A stretch of 64,000 nucleotides of DNA from an uncultured Solirubrobacteraceae bacterium (GCA_963752015.1 CAVVWS010000001.1:628382-692381); one strand, 5' to 3'. Counted from the first letter of the stretch, positions 47,287 to 58,526 are shown. Translations and numbers: made by a program. Notes: generated by a model not told the origin, from the letters alone.

Positions 47287-47532
47287 CGAGCCCACACTAG
47301 CCGGGGGCGGGGCGCGTGACTCCTTCGGGCGAAACGCCGGCGTGTCGGCCGCCGATCGGCTCGCGCCCCGCTTGCGCACCACGCTCCTAGGCTCGGTCGC
47401 TGTCCGGTGGAGCGGGCTCTCGATAGCGCACCGCACCGCGGCGCGGCCATTCAACGGGTATCTGGGTCCTTTCGTGGAAGTGGCAGCCGCTGTCCAGACC
47501 TTGGTCTCGCGCGGGCCTAGCGCCGCGCGGCG

Positions 47533-48591
47533 TCAGCGGTCACAGATCCACCCCGGCAGCGAAGTCGCGCAGAGGTTGCTCGCGAACCGATTGCCGGTTC
47601 CTGTCCCGTCCCACCTGATGTCGGGCCGGTTGAGCAACGCGACATTGCGCGAGACGACGTTGTCCGTGGGATCCGCTCCTCCGAGGAAGCGCGAGGACGC
47701 GACCACGATCCCCCCTGCGTAGTCCGACGGCTCGGACGGCCGGTTGCCGACGACGAGGTTCCTGCTCACGCGGACGTCGTTCGCCCCGAAGAGGAGGATC
47801 CCCGTGCCTGAGAAGGCCGGGAAGATGGTCGGGACATCCGGGCAGGCGCCGTTGTTGTGCGTCGCCGTGTTGCCTTCCGCGGTCCAGTCGCTCAGCGGCT
47901 CGTCCGGGTTGAAGCGATGGTCGAGGAAGTGGAACCCGATGCAGTTCCCCGTCGCGTGGTTGCCGACCACCAGGCCGTGGCTGGAGTCGCGGAACAGGAA
48001 TCCGAAGCCCTCGCCCCCGACCCCGTTGCTGGTCGCCGTGTTGCCGCTGACAACCGCCTGCGCATCGGGCGAATCCCCGATGTAGATCCCGGGCGCATGG
48101 TTCTCGGTCGCGACGCTGTCGAGGTAGCGGACGCCTGAGAGCTCGAACCCGGCGATCCCGTAGCCCTGGTTGTCGCGGGCGCGCACGCGCGCGACGGTGT
48201 AATCCTCCGCCTCGTAGGCGTAGATGCCGGTGCTCGGGAAGCCGGCCACTGTCAGGTCCTTGACCGTCACGTGGTTCGCTTCGGTGACGCAGATCCCGTT
48301 CACGTCGGTGCAAGCGGTCAGGACAGGATCCGAAGGCGGCGTCAGCACCGTCCCGTGCCTGCCCGACCCGGCGCCGCGCAGCGTGATGCCGTTCGTCGTG
48401 ATCGTCAGGTTCTCGCGGAACTCGCCGGCCGCGACGCGGATCGTGTCGCCCGGCCGGGCGTGGTCGATCGCCGTCTGGATCGACTCCCCTGGTCTCACGA
48501 CTCCGTTCGAGGCACTCGCCGGAGCGACTACCCCCAGTGAACCTGCGACAACGCCGAGCACGATCGCGAACGTCCGTGGCCATGAGCGCAT
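47533..48591 (-). CDS. secreted right-handed parallel beta-helix repeat protein (NosD/pectate-lyase-like)
   Basis: ATG 48591 with GGGAGGAGG upstream. Signal MRSWPRTFAIVLGVVAGSLGVVAPASA. PGDTIRVAAGEFRENLTI... followed by repeated G.N...N motifs. Confidence 0.75.
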   Translation of the reverse strand: MRSWPRTFAIVLGVVAGSLGVVAPASASNGVVRPGESIQTAIDHARPGDTIRVAAGEFRENLTITTNGITLRGAGSGRHGTVLTPPSDPVLTACTDVNGICVTEANHVTVKDLTVAGFPSTGIYAYEAEDYTVARVRARDNQGYGIAGFELSGVRYLDSVATENHAPGIYIGDSPDAQAVVSGNTATSNGVGGEGFGFLFRDSSHGLVVGNHATGNCIGFHFLDHRFNPDEPLSDWTAEGNTATHNNGACPDVPTIFPAFSGTGILLFGANDVRVSRNLVVGNRPSEPSDYAGGIVVASSRFLGGADPTDNVVSRNVALLNRPDIRWDGTGTGNRFASNLCATSLPGWICDR

Positions 48592-49053
48592 GCTGCCTCC
48601 TCCCGGGTTGTTCGGACGGCGGGACCCCGAAGACACGGGTCGGGCCGGGTATCGACCCTAGTTCCGCCGTCGGGGACGAGTCATTCCCCTTCGGGCAAAG
48701 GCACGAACCGGATTACGGCCCGACGTTCCCCCGGCGGGATCGCGCCGACGACCGCCTCCTCGGCGCGGTCATGGTCCGGACCCGTTCGAGGGGTCCTGGC
48801 CGCGGCGGCGCGCCGCGCCGCCCCGGTCTCTGACGTCAAACGCGCTCGGCGACGCCCATCATCTGCGTGATCAGCCCCGCCTGCTCCGCCGCCGACGTCA
48901 CGCCGGCGAGTTCGAACGGCGTCGACTTGGCGATCTCGAACAGCGCGCGCGGGACGCCCCAGCGCGCGAGCGGCGCGCTGGGGCTCCACATCGTGGAGGT
49001 GCTGCTCGCGATCCGCGACTCCGCAACCAGCGGGGCCGCGATCGCGATCTGAG

Positions 49054-49913
49054 CTACTCGGCGATCGAGACCGTCTGCGAGCCGGCCGTGTTCCACGAGC
49101 CGTTGCTGCCCTGAGTCTGCAGCTGGACGTCCACCTTGCCGACCTTGTTCGAGGTGTACGGGTCGAGATCGACGGTGAACTGGTGCAGGCCGTTGTCGTC
49201 GGCGCACACCTCGCCGCCGCTGCGGCTGGTCAGGAACGTCCCGCCGGAGGTCAGGTAGCGCAGATTCATGCGCGAGCAGACGCCCGACGAGTTGTTGATG
49301 TAGAGCGAGCCCGTCAGGCGCGCCGTCACCTGGCCGTCGATCAGCGTCCAGTGCATCGTGCCCGAGCCGGTCGGCGCGTTGCCGAGGAACGTTCTCGTCG
49401 CGCCGAAGTCGACGCCGTCCTCGGTGATCTTGACGCTGTCGTCGAACGTGTTGGCGGTGTAGACCGCGTTGTCGACGACGAACCAGCCGCTCACGGTCTC
49501 CTTCTCCAGCTGCACCAGAACGCTGGCGATCCGGTTGTCGGAGTACGGCTGCAGGTCCACGGAGAACTCGTGGTGCTTGTCGTCGTTGACGCAGACGGTG
49601 CCGCCGTGCTCGATCCGCAGCGACGTGCCGTTGCGGTCGCGGTAGTCGAGGTGCATGCGGGCACACGTGCCGTCGGCGTCGTTCATGTGCAGCGTGCCGG
49701 TGAGGTGCGGCTTGATCTGGCCGCCGGTGTAGTCGAACTTCAGGTCGCCGTCGCCGGTCGGCGCGCCGGCGACGAACGTCCCGTTGCCGAAGTCGTAGCC
49801 GGTGCCGGTGAGCCGGACGCCGTCGGTGTCGATCACGGACGCCTGGGCGGAGCCGGCAAAGGCCATGGTGGCCGCGCGGCGGCGAGTGCGATGGTCAGCT
49901 TCCTGCGGGTCAT
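49054..49913 (-). pseudogene. secreted protein with two ~125-aa internal repeats (unknown family); frame break inside the signal peptide
   Basis: ATG 49913 gives MTRRKLTIALAAA. After an indel near 49867-49875 the ORF 49054..49866 continues ATMAFAGSAQA/SVIDTDG... Repeat 1 is LTGTLHMNDADGTCARMHLDY...VCVNDDKHHEFSVDLQPYSDN. Repeat 2 is LTGSLYINNSSGVCSRMNLRY...VCADDNGLHQFTVDLDPYTSN. Confidence 0.65.
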
Positions 49914-50271
49914 GCGAGTCCCTTTCGTGGGATGGGTGAGTTGTCGCAGGAGGGACCCGCCGCCGCGCGGGCAGGTTAGGAGGATGCGAAGTTGGCGCGT
50001 CGGCGCTCTAACTCAGCCGCTCAGTCCTACGAAGACGCGCCCGTGATGGAGAAAGCTGCGCTGCTGAATGCCGCGCGTGGGGCGACGACTCCGGTGCCGT
50101 GAGCGCACCGACGGCACCCACTGACTCAGGTGTTGCGCCGCCTCGCAGGGAATGTCTGGTCGGCGCGCTGCTCAGGGTCGACCGTGATGTGGTTACACGA
50201 GAGGTAATGGACGCGTGGCCTTTATCCGGGACCGTTGATGCGAAGCAACCAGACGATCAACGAGGTAACCG

Positions 50272-51145
50272 ATGACCGACACAGTCGAGGTTCGAATGAA
50301 TTTCATGGCGACGGTCCAGGCGAACGGGGTCACGCTCGGGGTCGAGCACTTCGGCGACGCGGCGGCGCCGCTCGTTCTGCTCGCGGGCGGCACGACCATG
50401 CTCTCCTGGCCCGACTCGCTCTGCGAGGCGCTCGCGCGCGGCGGCCGCCACGTCGTGCGGTACGACCTGCGCGATTCCGGCGCGTCGACCACCGTCGATC
50501 CCGAGGCTCCGGCGTACACGCTGCGCGATCTTGCAGCCGACGCCGCGGCGCTCGCCCGCGAACTCGACGACCGGCCGGCGCACCTGGCGGGCATTGGCGT
50601 GGGCGGGATGGTCGCCCAGGTCGCCGCGCTCGACCACCCTGACGCGTTCTCGGCGCTCACCCTCGCCGCAACGCGGCCCGTCGCTCCAGGCCGTGTCGAC
50701 AACGACCTGCCTGACCATGACGCGGCGACGATGGACCGGCTGTTCTCGCGCTCGATGCCCGACTGGTCCGACCGCGCCGCCGTGGCGGAGTTCGCCGCCG
50801 GCCGGCGCGGAGATCCTCGGCGACGACCCCGCCGCCGCGCGCGCGACCGCCGAGCGCATCTGGGATCGCACGCCGGGCACGCAGCCCGCGGTGCAGATGG
50901 CCAACCAGCTGGGCATGGTGTTCTCCAAGCTCAACTGCAAGCCGCGCTGGCGCGAGCGCCTGCCCGAGCTCGCGATCCCGGCGCTCGTGGTGCACGGCCG
51001 CCGCGACCCGTTCTTCCCTGTCGGCAACGGCGAAGCGCTCGCGCGCGAGATCCCCGATGCGCGGCTGCTCGTGCTCGAACGGGCCGCGACGGCGATCCCC
51101 GATGCGGCCGCCGGCGAAGCCGCGGCGGCGATGCTCGCGCTCTAG
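50272..51145 (+). pseudogene. alpha/beta hydrolase, single frame break as sequenced
   Basis: N-terminal part in ORF 50272..51783 (VLLAGGTTMLSWPD...HLAGIGVGGMVAQ, a nucleophile elbow with Gly at the usual Ser position). C-terminal part in ORF 50531..51145 (AEILGDDPAAARA...IPALVVHGRRDPFFP...). The join is near 50800-50810 (ggccggcgcgg). Confidence 0.7.
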
Positions 51146-51208
51146 GCGCTCACGGCTCGGCGGACCACAGCAGAGGAAAGCGTCTCTCGGACGCAGGGAG
51201 CAGCGCTG

Positions 51209-51702
51209 TCACCGTCGGCTCGGCGTCCGAACCTCTGCCGGTTCGAGACTCGCGAGAGCGTTCGCGGGCTTCGATGAGCCGACGGCGACGAGTGTGGCCA
51301 CGGCGTCGATGGAGTTCGGCCGCGCGGCCTTGTCGGGTCCCCAGCCAAGCCGCCCGCGACCGGCCAGGCGACGGCGGAGTGGCTTCCGCTCCCGCACGGC
51401 CGACGCTCGTCCAAGTCAGGAGCGTGGCGATTTCACCGCAATCGATCCAGCGCACCTCGGATCCTCCGAGTCCGACCACGGTGTCGCCTTCGACCACGAA
51501 GCTCTCCGTGAGAATGCGCGGCCGCACGTTCTCGAACGGCTTCTCGAACCACTCGCGCGCCTGGTCGTGGCCACGCAATCGGGGCCTACCGGGGGTTTGC
51601 AGCTCAACCTCGGGGTCGAGCAGGGAAGAACTCGGCGACGTCGTCGCGCTCGTTGTAGAGCTCGACCCATCGGCGCACGACCGCGACCTTCTGCTGCGAC
51701 AT
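51209..51702 (-). pseudogene. SnoaL/NTF2-like protein, at least two frame breaks
   Basis: ATG 51702 gives MSQQKVAVVRRWVELYNERDDVAEFF. A shift near 51640 gives LLDPEVELQTPGRPRLRGHDQAREWFEKPFENVRPRILTESFVVEGDTVVGLGGSEVRWID. The C-terminal part is again in another frame, so the 3' end is uncertain. Confidence 0.5.
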
Positions 51703-52103
51703 CGTCCGATGCAGTATCTCCCATGGGAACGACCCCTCGCGCTTACACGGGCCGGTGAGTCCCATCACGAAATGAAACCCTGACTACCGCTTCGCGCCAG
51801 CTCCGACAGCGGGGCACAGGGGACACGCCGCGCTTACTCCGGACGAACGCGGTCGTCTGCGTCGAGGCAGAAGTCGCGCCGGCGTTCCGTGATGAGCGAG
51901 CGTGTCCGCCCTCCTTAGACGTGCGCGTCGAGCAGCGTCGACGGCATGCGGTGACCTCCTTCGGAAAGCCGGGTGGGTCGAGAACATCTCCGACGACCGG
52001 TCGGTCAGTCGGGGCGGATGTCCCCGAGCGTCACGCATACGGCAGCCCCGAAGGGCCGCAGCGGACGCGTCACGCGTGCGCGTATGCGACACCCGAGCCG
52101 GGC

Positions 52104-53260
52104 TCACGGCTCGCCGCGCCAGCCGGATCGCGCGCGGATCGTCGTGCCCGCGCCAGCCGGGCTGTTGATCTCGAGCGTGCCGCCGAGTGCGCTGACACGG
52201 TCGGCGAGCCCGCTCAGACCCGAGCCCTGCGCCGGGTCAACGCCGCCGGTGCCGTCGTCGCGCACCTCGACCGTCGTGTGTCCTTCGCCCACCGCAACGC
52301 GCACCTCGATCCGATCGGAGTGGGCGTGCTTGGAGGTGTTCGTCAGCGCTTCGGCGATGACGAAGTACGCGGTCGTCCGCACCGACAGCGGGAGCTCGCC
52401 GCAGCTGTCCAGGTTGAGCTCGACCGGCACCGTCGAGCGGCCGGCCAGCGCCGCAAGCGCGGCCTCCGGGCCACGATCGGTGAGGATGCTCGGATGGATC
52501 CCGCGAGCGAGGTCGCGCAGCTCCTCGAGTGCGGCATCGAGCTCGGCGCGCATGACCGCGAGCTTGCGCGAGGCCGCGGAGTCCGGCTCGAGACTCGACT
52601 CGAGAAGCCGCAGGCTCAGCGCTAGCGATACGAGCCGCTGCTGTGCTTCGTCGTGAAGGTCGCGCTCGATGCGCCGGCGTGCAGCGTCCGCGGCCTCCAC
52701 GATCCGTGCCCGCGACGCGGCCAGCTGCTCCACGCGCGTCCACGTTCGCGAGCGCCGCGGTGACGAGCTCGGCGAAGCTGCTGATCCGCTCCTCGGTGCC
52801 CGCCCGGAACGCGTGCGGCAGCTCACTGGTCACCATGATCGCGCCCCAGAGCCGCCCGGCCACCTGGATCGGAGCTCCCACGACCGAACGGATCCCAAAC
52901 TCGCGCAACCTCGCCGCGAGCTCGCCCTCGACGCCGGCGTAGTCGTCCACGCGCTCAGGACGCCCGGTTCGGTAGAGCTTCGCGGTCACCGTCTCGCCCT
53001 CGACCGGGATGCGCTCGCCGACCGGGAACGACGGCGTGCCGCTCGCCGCCCATGAGCCGCACCACCGTCGCGATGCGCTCGTTCTCGTAGCGGATCATGT
53101 CGGTGCTCTTCACCGCGAGCAGCATCCCGAGTTCTTCGCAGACCCGGCCGAAGAGGGCCGGCGCCGGCGTGCCGCCGGCCACCATGGTCGCGACTCGGCG
53201 CAGCGCGGCCTGCTCGGCAAGAAGCGCCTGGAGCCGGGTGAGGTTGTCGTCGCCGCTCAT
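52104..53260 (-). pseudogene. GAF-domain sensor histidine kinase (HisKA_3/HATPase_c, NarL-type partner), two frame breaks
   Basis: ATG 53260 gives MSGDDNLTRLQALLAEQAALRRVATMVAGG...ENERIATVV. A shift near 53035 gives GTPSFPVGERIPVEGETVTAKLYRTGRPERVDDYA...AALANVDA. A shift near 52740 gives EQLAASRARIVEAADAARRRIERDLHDEAQQRL...AEALTNTSKHA...GSGLSGLADRV. No response regulator lies adjacent. Confidence 0.75.
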
Positions 53261-53897
53261 CGCAAAGCGAAGGTGGGGCACCGCTGGCGCGCGCCGGTGA
53301 AGCATCCTGTCGCGCCTCAAGGGCGAGCCTACCTCAGCCTGAGCTCCCCGATGGACGAGCTGGCCACCAATCGCAACCTGGCTTCCGCCGCACCGACAGC
53401 GGGAGCGCACCGGGCTTCCCGATCCGCATGCGGCTACGGCGACAAGCCACTTCCGCTTCCCCGAGCGAGCGAGCGTCTCCGCTCGGATGCCTGAGACGCC
53501 CGCAAGCGACGAACAGGAGTGCACGTCGAAACTGCTGCTCCGCGTTGCTTCCGACAGGCTGCTTGGGCGACTGGAACGGGATCGGCGGCAAGGCGGGCAA
53601 GTCGATGGCTTCGGCCGAATCGGACGTAGTCGAAAGTGGTGCGTCCCAAAGTGGCACGGCACCGAGGCGTGCGAACACGCTCGCTCGTCCGCGGAGAGCA
53701 GGCGCGAATTCGGCGCCGGCGCGGACGACTGAGTGTCGTCCCATGCGGGCGTCCGCAGGGCCGCGGCGAGACGATCGCAACCACGCGATTGCGAAAACGC
53801 CGCTCGACGCTGCGGCGCGTGCCGAGTTGCATGGAAGCGAGCCGTGGCGGCGGCGCTGCTGCTCTTTCGCAATGGGAGTAGCGGGCCGTCCGCCGCG

Positions 53898-54129
53898 TCA
53901 ATCGGTGCTCAGGCGCTTGAGCGCTTCATCGACCTCCGCGCGCGCCGAGGAGCCGGCCGCGAGGTGTCTGCTGCTGGATCTCGAGGTAGATCTCCTTGCG
54001 GAAGACGGGGATGTCCCGCGGGGCTTCGATGCCGATCCTGACCTTCTCGCCCGTGGTCGAGAGCACGGAGACCTCGATGTCGTCGCCGATCATGATCGAC
54101 TGGTTGGGTTTTCTCGTCAGGACGAGCAT
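53898..54129 (-). CDS. csrA: carbon storage regulator CsrA (core intact; C-terminal tail needs a frame change)
   Basis: ATG 54129 with GGGAGAA upstream. [54 protein letters not shown] matches the CsrA consensus. As sequenced it ends at 53926. A shift near 53961-53972 gives the more CsrA-like tail [22 protein letters not shown] (stop 53898). Confidence 0.8.
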
Positions 54130-57120
54130 CGGCTGTTCTCCCGGTCAGCGTCGGTGCCCGCGCGGGCGGCGATGCCGGCCATCCCCAGGCGGCGAGCGGC
54201 GACGCCGGCCTCGCGCAGGAGCCGGCGCGCGCGTCGCGCTCGGCGCGTGTGCCGTGCAGCAGGAGCTCGCCGTAGTCGCAGCGCGTGCGGGCCAGCAGCG
54301 GCGCGGCGCCCAGCGCGGCGTGCCGCTCGAGGGCGGCCTCGAAGTGGGCGCGCGCGCGGTCGCGCCGGCCGGCGACGGCCGCGGTGCGGCCGAGCAGGCG
54401 GTGCACGGAGCCGGCGTTGCCGGTGAAGCTCCACTGCACGAGGCGGTCTGCGTAGGGCTCGAGCTCGGCGTACAGCTGCGCGCCGCCGTCGGCGTCGCCG
54501 AGCTGCGGCGGCCGCCTCGGCCAGCGAGCCCATGGCGGTCAGCCAGAGCATGGTCCGGGGGATCGTCGCGCACCCCGCCGCCGAGTGCGCTGTCGTAGGC
54601 GGCCTGCGCGCGCGCCGCGGTCGCCGGCGTCGAGATAGGCGAGCGGCAGGATGCCGCGCCAGGCGGCCGCGGCGGGCTCGGCGCCGGCGAGGCGCTCGAT
54701 CTCCGGCAGCAGCTCGTGCAGGCGGCCCTGCTCGCGCCGCACGGCGACCAGCTGGGCGGTGAAGTGCGCCTGCGCGTCGGGTGCTCCGGCGTGCTCGGCC
54801 AGGCGGACGCGACTCGCGCGCGATCCGCTCGGCCTCGTCGAAGCGGCCCGGCGAGCGCCGCCCACACGCAGCGCCAGGCCAGCGACGAGTGACGGTAGAG
54901 CGGCTGCTGGAGCTCGTCGGCGACGAGCTCGAGCTCGGCGTGCCGGCGCCGCGCCTCCTCCAGCTCGCCCAGCTCGGCGAGGTCGTAGAGCAGCCAGTGG
55001 CGTGCCAGCGCAGCCAGCTCGAGCGCCCCCAGCTCGCCGGCCAGGGCGAGCGCCTGCTCGCCGACGCGGCGGCGCTCCTGCGCGTGCTCGGCGTGCAGCA
55101 GCGCCGCGTGGCGGCCCATCAGCGCCGCCGCCAGCGCGCCCGCCTCGCCGAGCCGTCGCGCCATGGCGACCGCCTCGGCCGCCAGCTCGCCGGCTCGCTC
55201 CGGCGGCTGCGCGAAGACGAGCTTCTCGGCCAGGCGCGCGAGGAGCCGCACGCGCAGCACGCTGTCGCCCGGCTCGAGCGCCGTCGAGCGCCTCCTCGAG
55301 CAGCTCGATGTAGGCCTCGTCGGTGGCGCCCGGGGCGTAGAAGCGTCCGCCCGCGCCCAGCACCGCCCGCGCCAGCCGGTCGGATGACGGCGAGCCCGCG
55401 GGCGAGCTCGACGGCCTCCACGAACGTCGAGCGCGGGTCGGGCTCGCTCGCTTGCCAGCGAGCCGCGCCGAGCGCCAGCAGCACGTCGCAGCGCGCGGCG
55501 GCGTCGTCGCGGCTGACGATGCTCGAGCGCGACGAGCGCGCGCTCGTAGTGCGCGGCCGCGTCCTCGTAGGCGTGGGCCGCCTGGCTCGCCTCGGCCGCC
55601 TTCAGGCTGTACACGATCGCCTTCGCCGCTCCACCGACCTCGCGCGCCTGGAAGTAGTGATGCGCCAGCTCGGCCGGATGCACCGGCAGCGGCGCCGCCT
55701 CCAGCGCCACCGCCACGCGCCGGTGCAGGCGCAGCCGGCGGCTCGCGATCGGCCGCTCGTAGAGCGTCTGGCGCACGAGCGCGTGCGTGAACGAGAAGCG
55801 GTCGACCTCGTCGGGATCCTCGACGATCAGCCGCGCCGCCACCGCGGCCTCGAGCGACGCGATCAGCTCGTCCTGCGGCTGCTCGACGGCGACCGCCTGC
55901 AGCGTGGCGAGACGGAAATCGCTCCCCAGCACGGCAGCCAGCGTCAGCGTCTCGAGCGTCGCGGGCGGCAGCCGATCCAGGCGCCGGCCGATCACGTCCT
56001 TGACGCCCTCCGGCACGGCGACCGGCGCGGCGCGCGCCGCGGCCGGCGTGTGCAGCAGCTCCTCGATGAAGAACGGGTTGCCGCCGGTCTGGTCGAACAG
56101 CCGCTGCGCTAGCGCGCTGTCGACGGACCCGCGGCCGAGGTGGGCGGCGACGAGCGCGGCCGTCTCCGAGGGCCGCAGGCCGCCGAGGCGGATCGTCTCG
56201 ATGCCGGCCTCGCGCCGAAGGTCGGCGAGCACGCGAGCCAGCGGCCCGGCAGCGTCCGCCTCCAGGTCGCTGTAGGTCGCGATGACGAGCAGACGGCGAT
56301 CCGGCGCCGCGGCGCACGAGCTGCCGAAGCAGCAGCAGCGTCGGGACGTCAGCCCAGTGCAGGTCCTCGAGGACGAGCAGCAGCCGCTGCGACTCGGCGG
56401 CGTGCAGCAGCAGCCGCACGCACGGCGTCGAAGAGCTCGTGCCGCGAGCGCTCGCGCTGTTCCCGGACCGCGGCCGCGGCACGGAGCAGCGGACGGACCG
56501 AGCTCGGGGACCAGCCGCGCCAACTCCTCGGCCGCGGCGGCCGGAAGCCCGCGTCTCGTCGGCCAGCCCGGGACGGTGCGCCGCGTAGTGCCGCAGCGCC
56601 TCCACGAACGGCTGATACGGCGAGACGCTCTCCTCGTCGGCACGCCCATAGAGCACGACATCGCCCTCGGCATGCGCCCGAGCGGCGACCCGCGCCGCCA
56701 GGCGCGTCTTGCCGATGCCCGGCTCGCCGGCCAGCACCACCAGGCCGCCCCGGCCGCGCGCGGCCTCCTCCCAGCAGCGCGCAGCCGCTGCAGCGGCGCC
56801 GCGCGGCCGACGAACGGCCGCCGCTCGAGCCGCGCCAGCACGCGCGGGCAGCGGCACGGCAGGCGCGCCGACTCGCGGAACCTCCGAGCCGACTCCCGCC
56901 GCGCAGAAGTACCCCGCTCAGCGCGACACCGGCTCGTCGCGCTCGCCGCTCGATCGCGCTCGGGACGCGACGCGCCTCGTCGCGCTCGTCGTGCCGGATG
57001 CGACCACTCATCGCCACTCGACATCCGAGTACCCACGGTCGAGTCGACGCATACCGACGCGATCGGTACCCGAACGGCGAGCAGCGGCCGAGCGTGCGAC
57101 TGCTCACGCCGTGCTGCCAA
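54117..57120 (-). pseudogene. large AAA-ATPase/TPR regulator (no LuxR HTH seen), heavily frame-disrupted
   Basis: Family-like segments alternate between the frames of ORFs 54145..57120, 54539..56857, 53909..54439 and 54117..54551. They are RPFVGRAAPLQRLRAA / WEEAARGRGGLVVLAGEPGIGKTRLAARVAARAHAEGDVVLYGRADEESVSPYQPFVEALRHY / RLLLVLEDLHWADVPTLLLLRQLVRR / RRLLVIATYSDLEADAAGPLARVLADLRR...GGNPFFIEELL... / ...GRFYAPGATDEAYIELLEEAL / ...LLARLAEKLVFAQPPERAGELAAEAVAMARRLG... / ...HFEAALERHAALGAAPLLARTRCDYGELLL. At least eight frame changes are needed. The 5' end is approximate. Confidence 0.7.
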
Positions 57121-57195
57121 CGTTGGACGGCACTCCGCTCGGGTACCACCTCGTCGAGCGTCCTGCGTCTGGCGAAACTACCTGAAGGAGGGCAC

Positions 57196-58103
57196 GTGCC
57201 TCGTTTCAGCCTCGTCAGCCTGTTGCTCGCCGCCGGCTGCTGCTGCTCGCCCCCGGCGCCGCGCGCGCCGAGGACCCGCCGTACGTCGGCTGGCCCGAGC
57301 TGCTGCCCGGCCTGACGACGCGAGTTCGAACCCTCCAGCGAGAACGACTGCACGGCCGGGCGCACGCGCTGCGTCGACGCCGTGATCCGCGAGATGCGGC
57401 GCCGCTTCGACCCGCTGGCAGCCTCCTGCGACCACGACAGCATCTTCGCGCTGGCCTACCTGCGCACCACCGAGGAGTACCGGCGCACGATCGAGGACCC
57501 GACCTTCTTCGAGGACACCGCGTTCGTCAATCACGAGGACGCCGTCTTCGCCCGCTACTACTTCGACGCCTTCGACGCCTGGCACGCCGGCCGGCACGAA
57601 GACGTCCCGCCCGCCTGGGCCATCGCCTTCCGAGCCGCCGCCGACCGCGCCGATGCCGGCGAGCGGCAACCTCTCGCTCGGCATCAACGCCCACGTCCAG
57701 CGCGACCTGCCGTTCGTGCTCGCGGGCATCGGACTCGTCAAGCCCGACGGCTCGAGCCGCAAGCCCGACCACGACCGCGTCAACGAGTTCCTCAACCGCG
57801 TGACCGACGACCTCTACGCCGAGATCGCCCGCCGCTTCGACCCCACCATCGACGACGCCGACCTTCCCGGCACCGCCGACGACGCCGCCCTCTTCCAGAT
57901 CATCCCGACCTGGCGCGAGATCGCCTGGCGCAACGCCGAGCGGCTGGCCAGCGCCGAGCTCCGAGGAGCGCGCGCGCCAGTCGCCGCCAGCATCGAGGCA
58001 TACGCCGCCTCGCAGGCCGAGACGATCCGCGCTGACAACGGCCTACGGCCCACTGCGGAACAGCGCCGCGCGCGACGCCTACTGCAGCACCCACCACGGC
58101 TGA
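57196..58103 (+). pseudogene. DUF5995 family protein with signal peptide, about four frame breaks
   Basis: GTG 57196 VPRFSLVSLLLAAG / LLLLAPGAARAEDPPYVGWPELLPGLTT / EFEPSSENDCTAGRTRCVDAVIREMRRRFDPLAASCDHDSIFALAYLRTTEEY...AVFARYYFDAFDAW / NLSLGINAHVQRDLPFVLAGIGLVKPDGSSRKPDHDRVNEFLNRV...WREIAWRNAE / RDAYCSTHHG* (stop 58101-58103). Joins at about 57240, 57320, 57650 and 58070. Confidence 0.7.
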
Positions 58104-58526
58104 CAGATCGCACGCACACCGAGCGCCGAACTCCACAGGCTGCTGCGCCCGTCTCCCCCCGGTTGAGTCGCTGCACCAAGCCATGACTACGCGCGAGGCC
58201 GCACCGCTGCGTCGCAACCGACGCCGCGCTGGCGCTCCCGACGACGCTCGACCAGAATGACGTGCGGGAAGCGCGGATGCCCGTTTCGACGAATCCAGCA
58301 GTCTTCCGCCATCCACCCAACCCCCATCTGACGCTCGCTCCGGACGAAGTCCGAGCGTGTCGGTCAGGCGAGCGGCTTACTCGCGCTTCCGCCGGCGAAG
58401 CAACGGCGCGGCGTCTTGCGCACGAATCGCTTGGACGTCGTCCTGTGCGACAGCCTGATGAAACTCGGTGAAGACGCTCGCTTGTCGCGCCGTAAGCGAT
58501 GGACCGACCCTCAAGGGCTGTCGACC

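Noticed and set aside
48836-49050. About 70-codon minus-strand tail (…MWSPSAPLARWGVPRALFEIAKSTPFELAGVTSAAEQAGLITQMMGVAERV*) that looks coding
   Set aside because: Too short to assign. I could not match it to a family, and it may be a gene relic or a small ORF. Not annotated as a feature.
50233-50262. Inverted repeat CGTTGAT-N16-ATCAACG just upstream of the alpha/beta hydrolase start
   Set aside because: A 7-bp arm with a long spacer can easily arise by chance, and no second copy or conservation evidence is available.
53261-53897. Possible CsrB/RsmZ-like GGA-rich sponge RNA downstream of csrA
   Set aside because: I counted about 14 GGA on the relevant strand in about 640 nt. That is roughly the number expected from base composition, so there is no enrichment. 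It stays only a gap worth scanning.
57311-57335. GAGTTCGAACCCTCC, resembling a tRNA T-loop
   Set aside because: The flanking bases do not form a T-stem or acceptor stem, no cloverleaf can be drawn, and the site lies inside the DUF5995 coding sequence.
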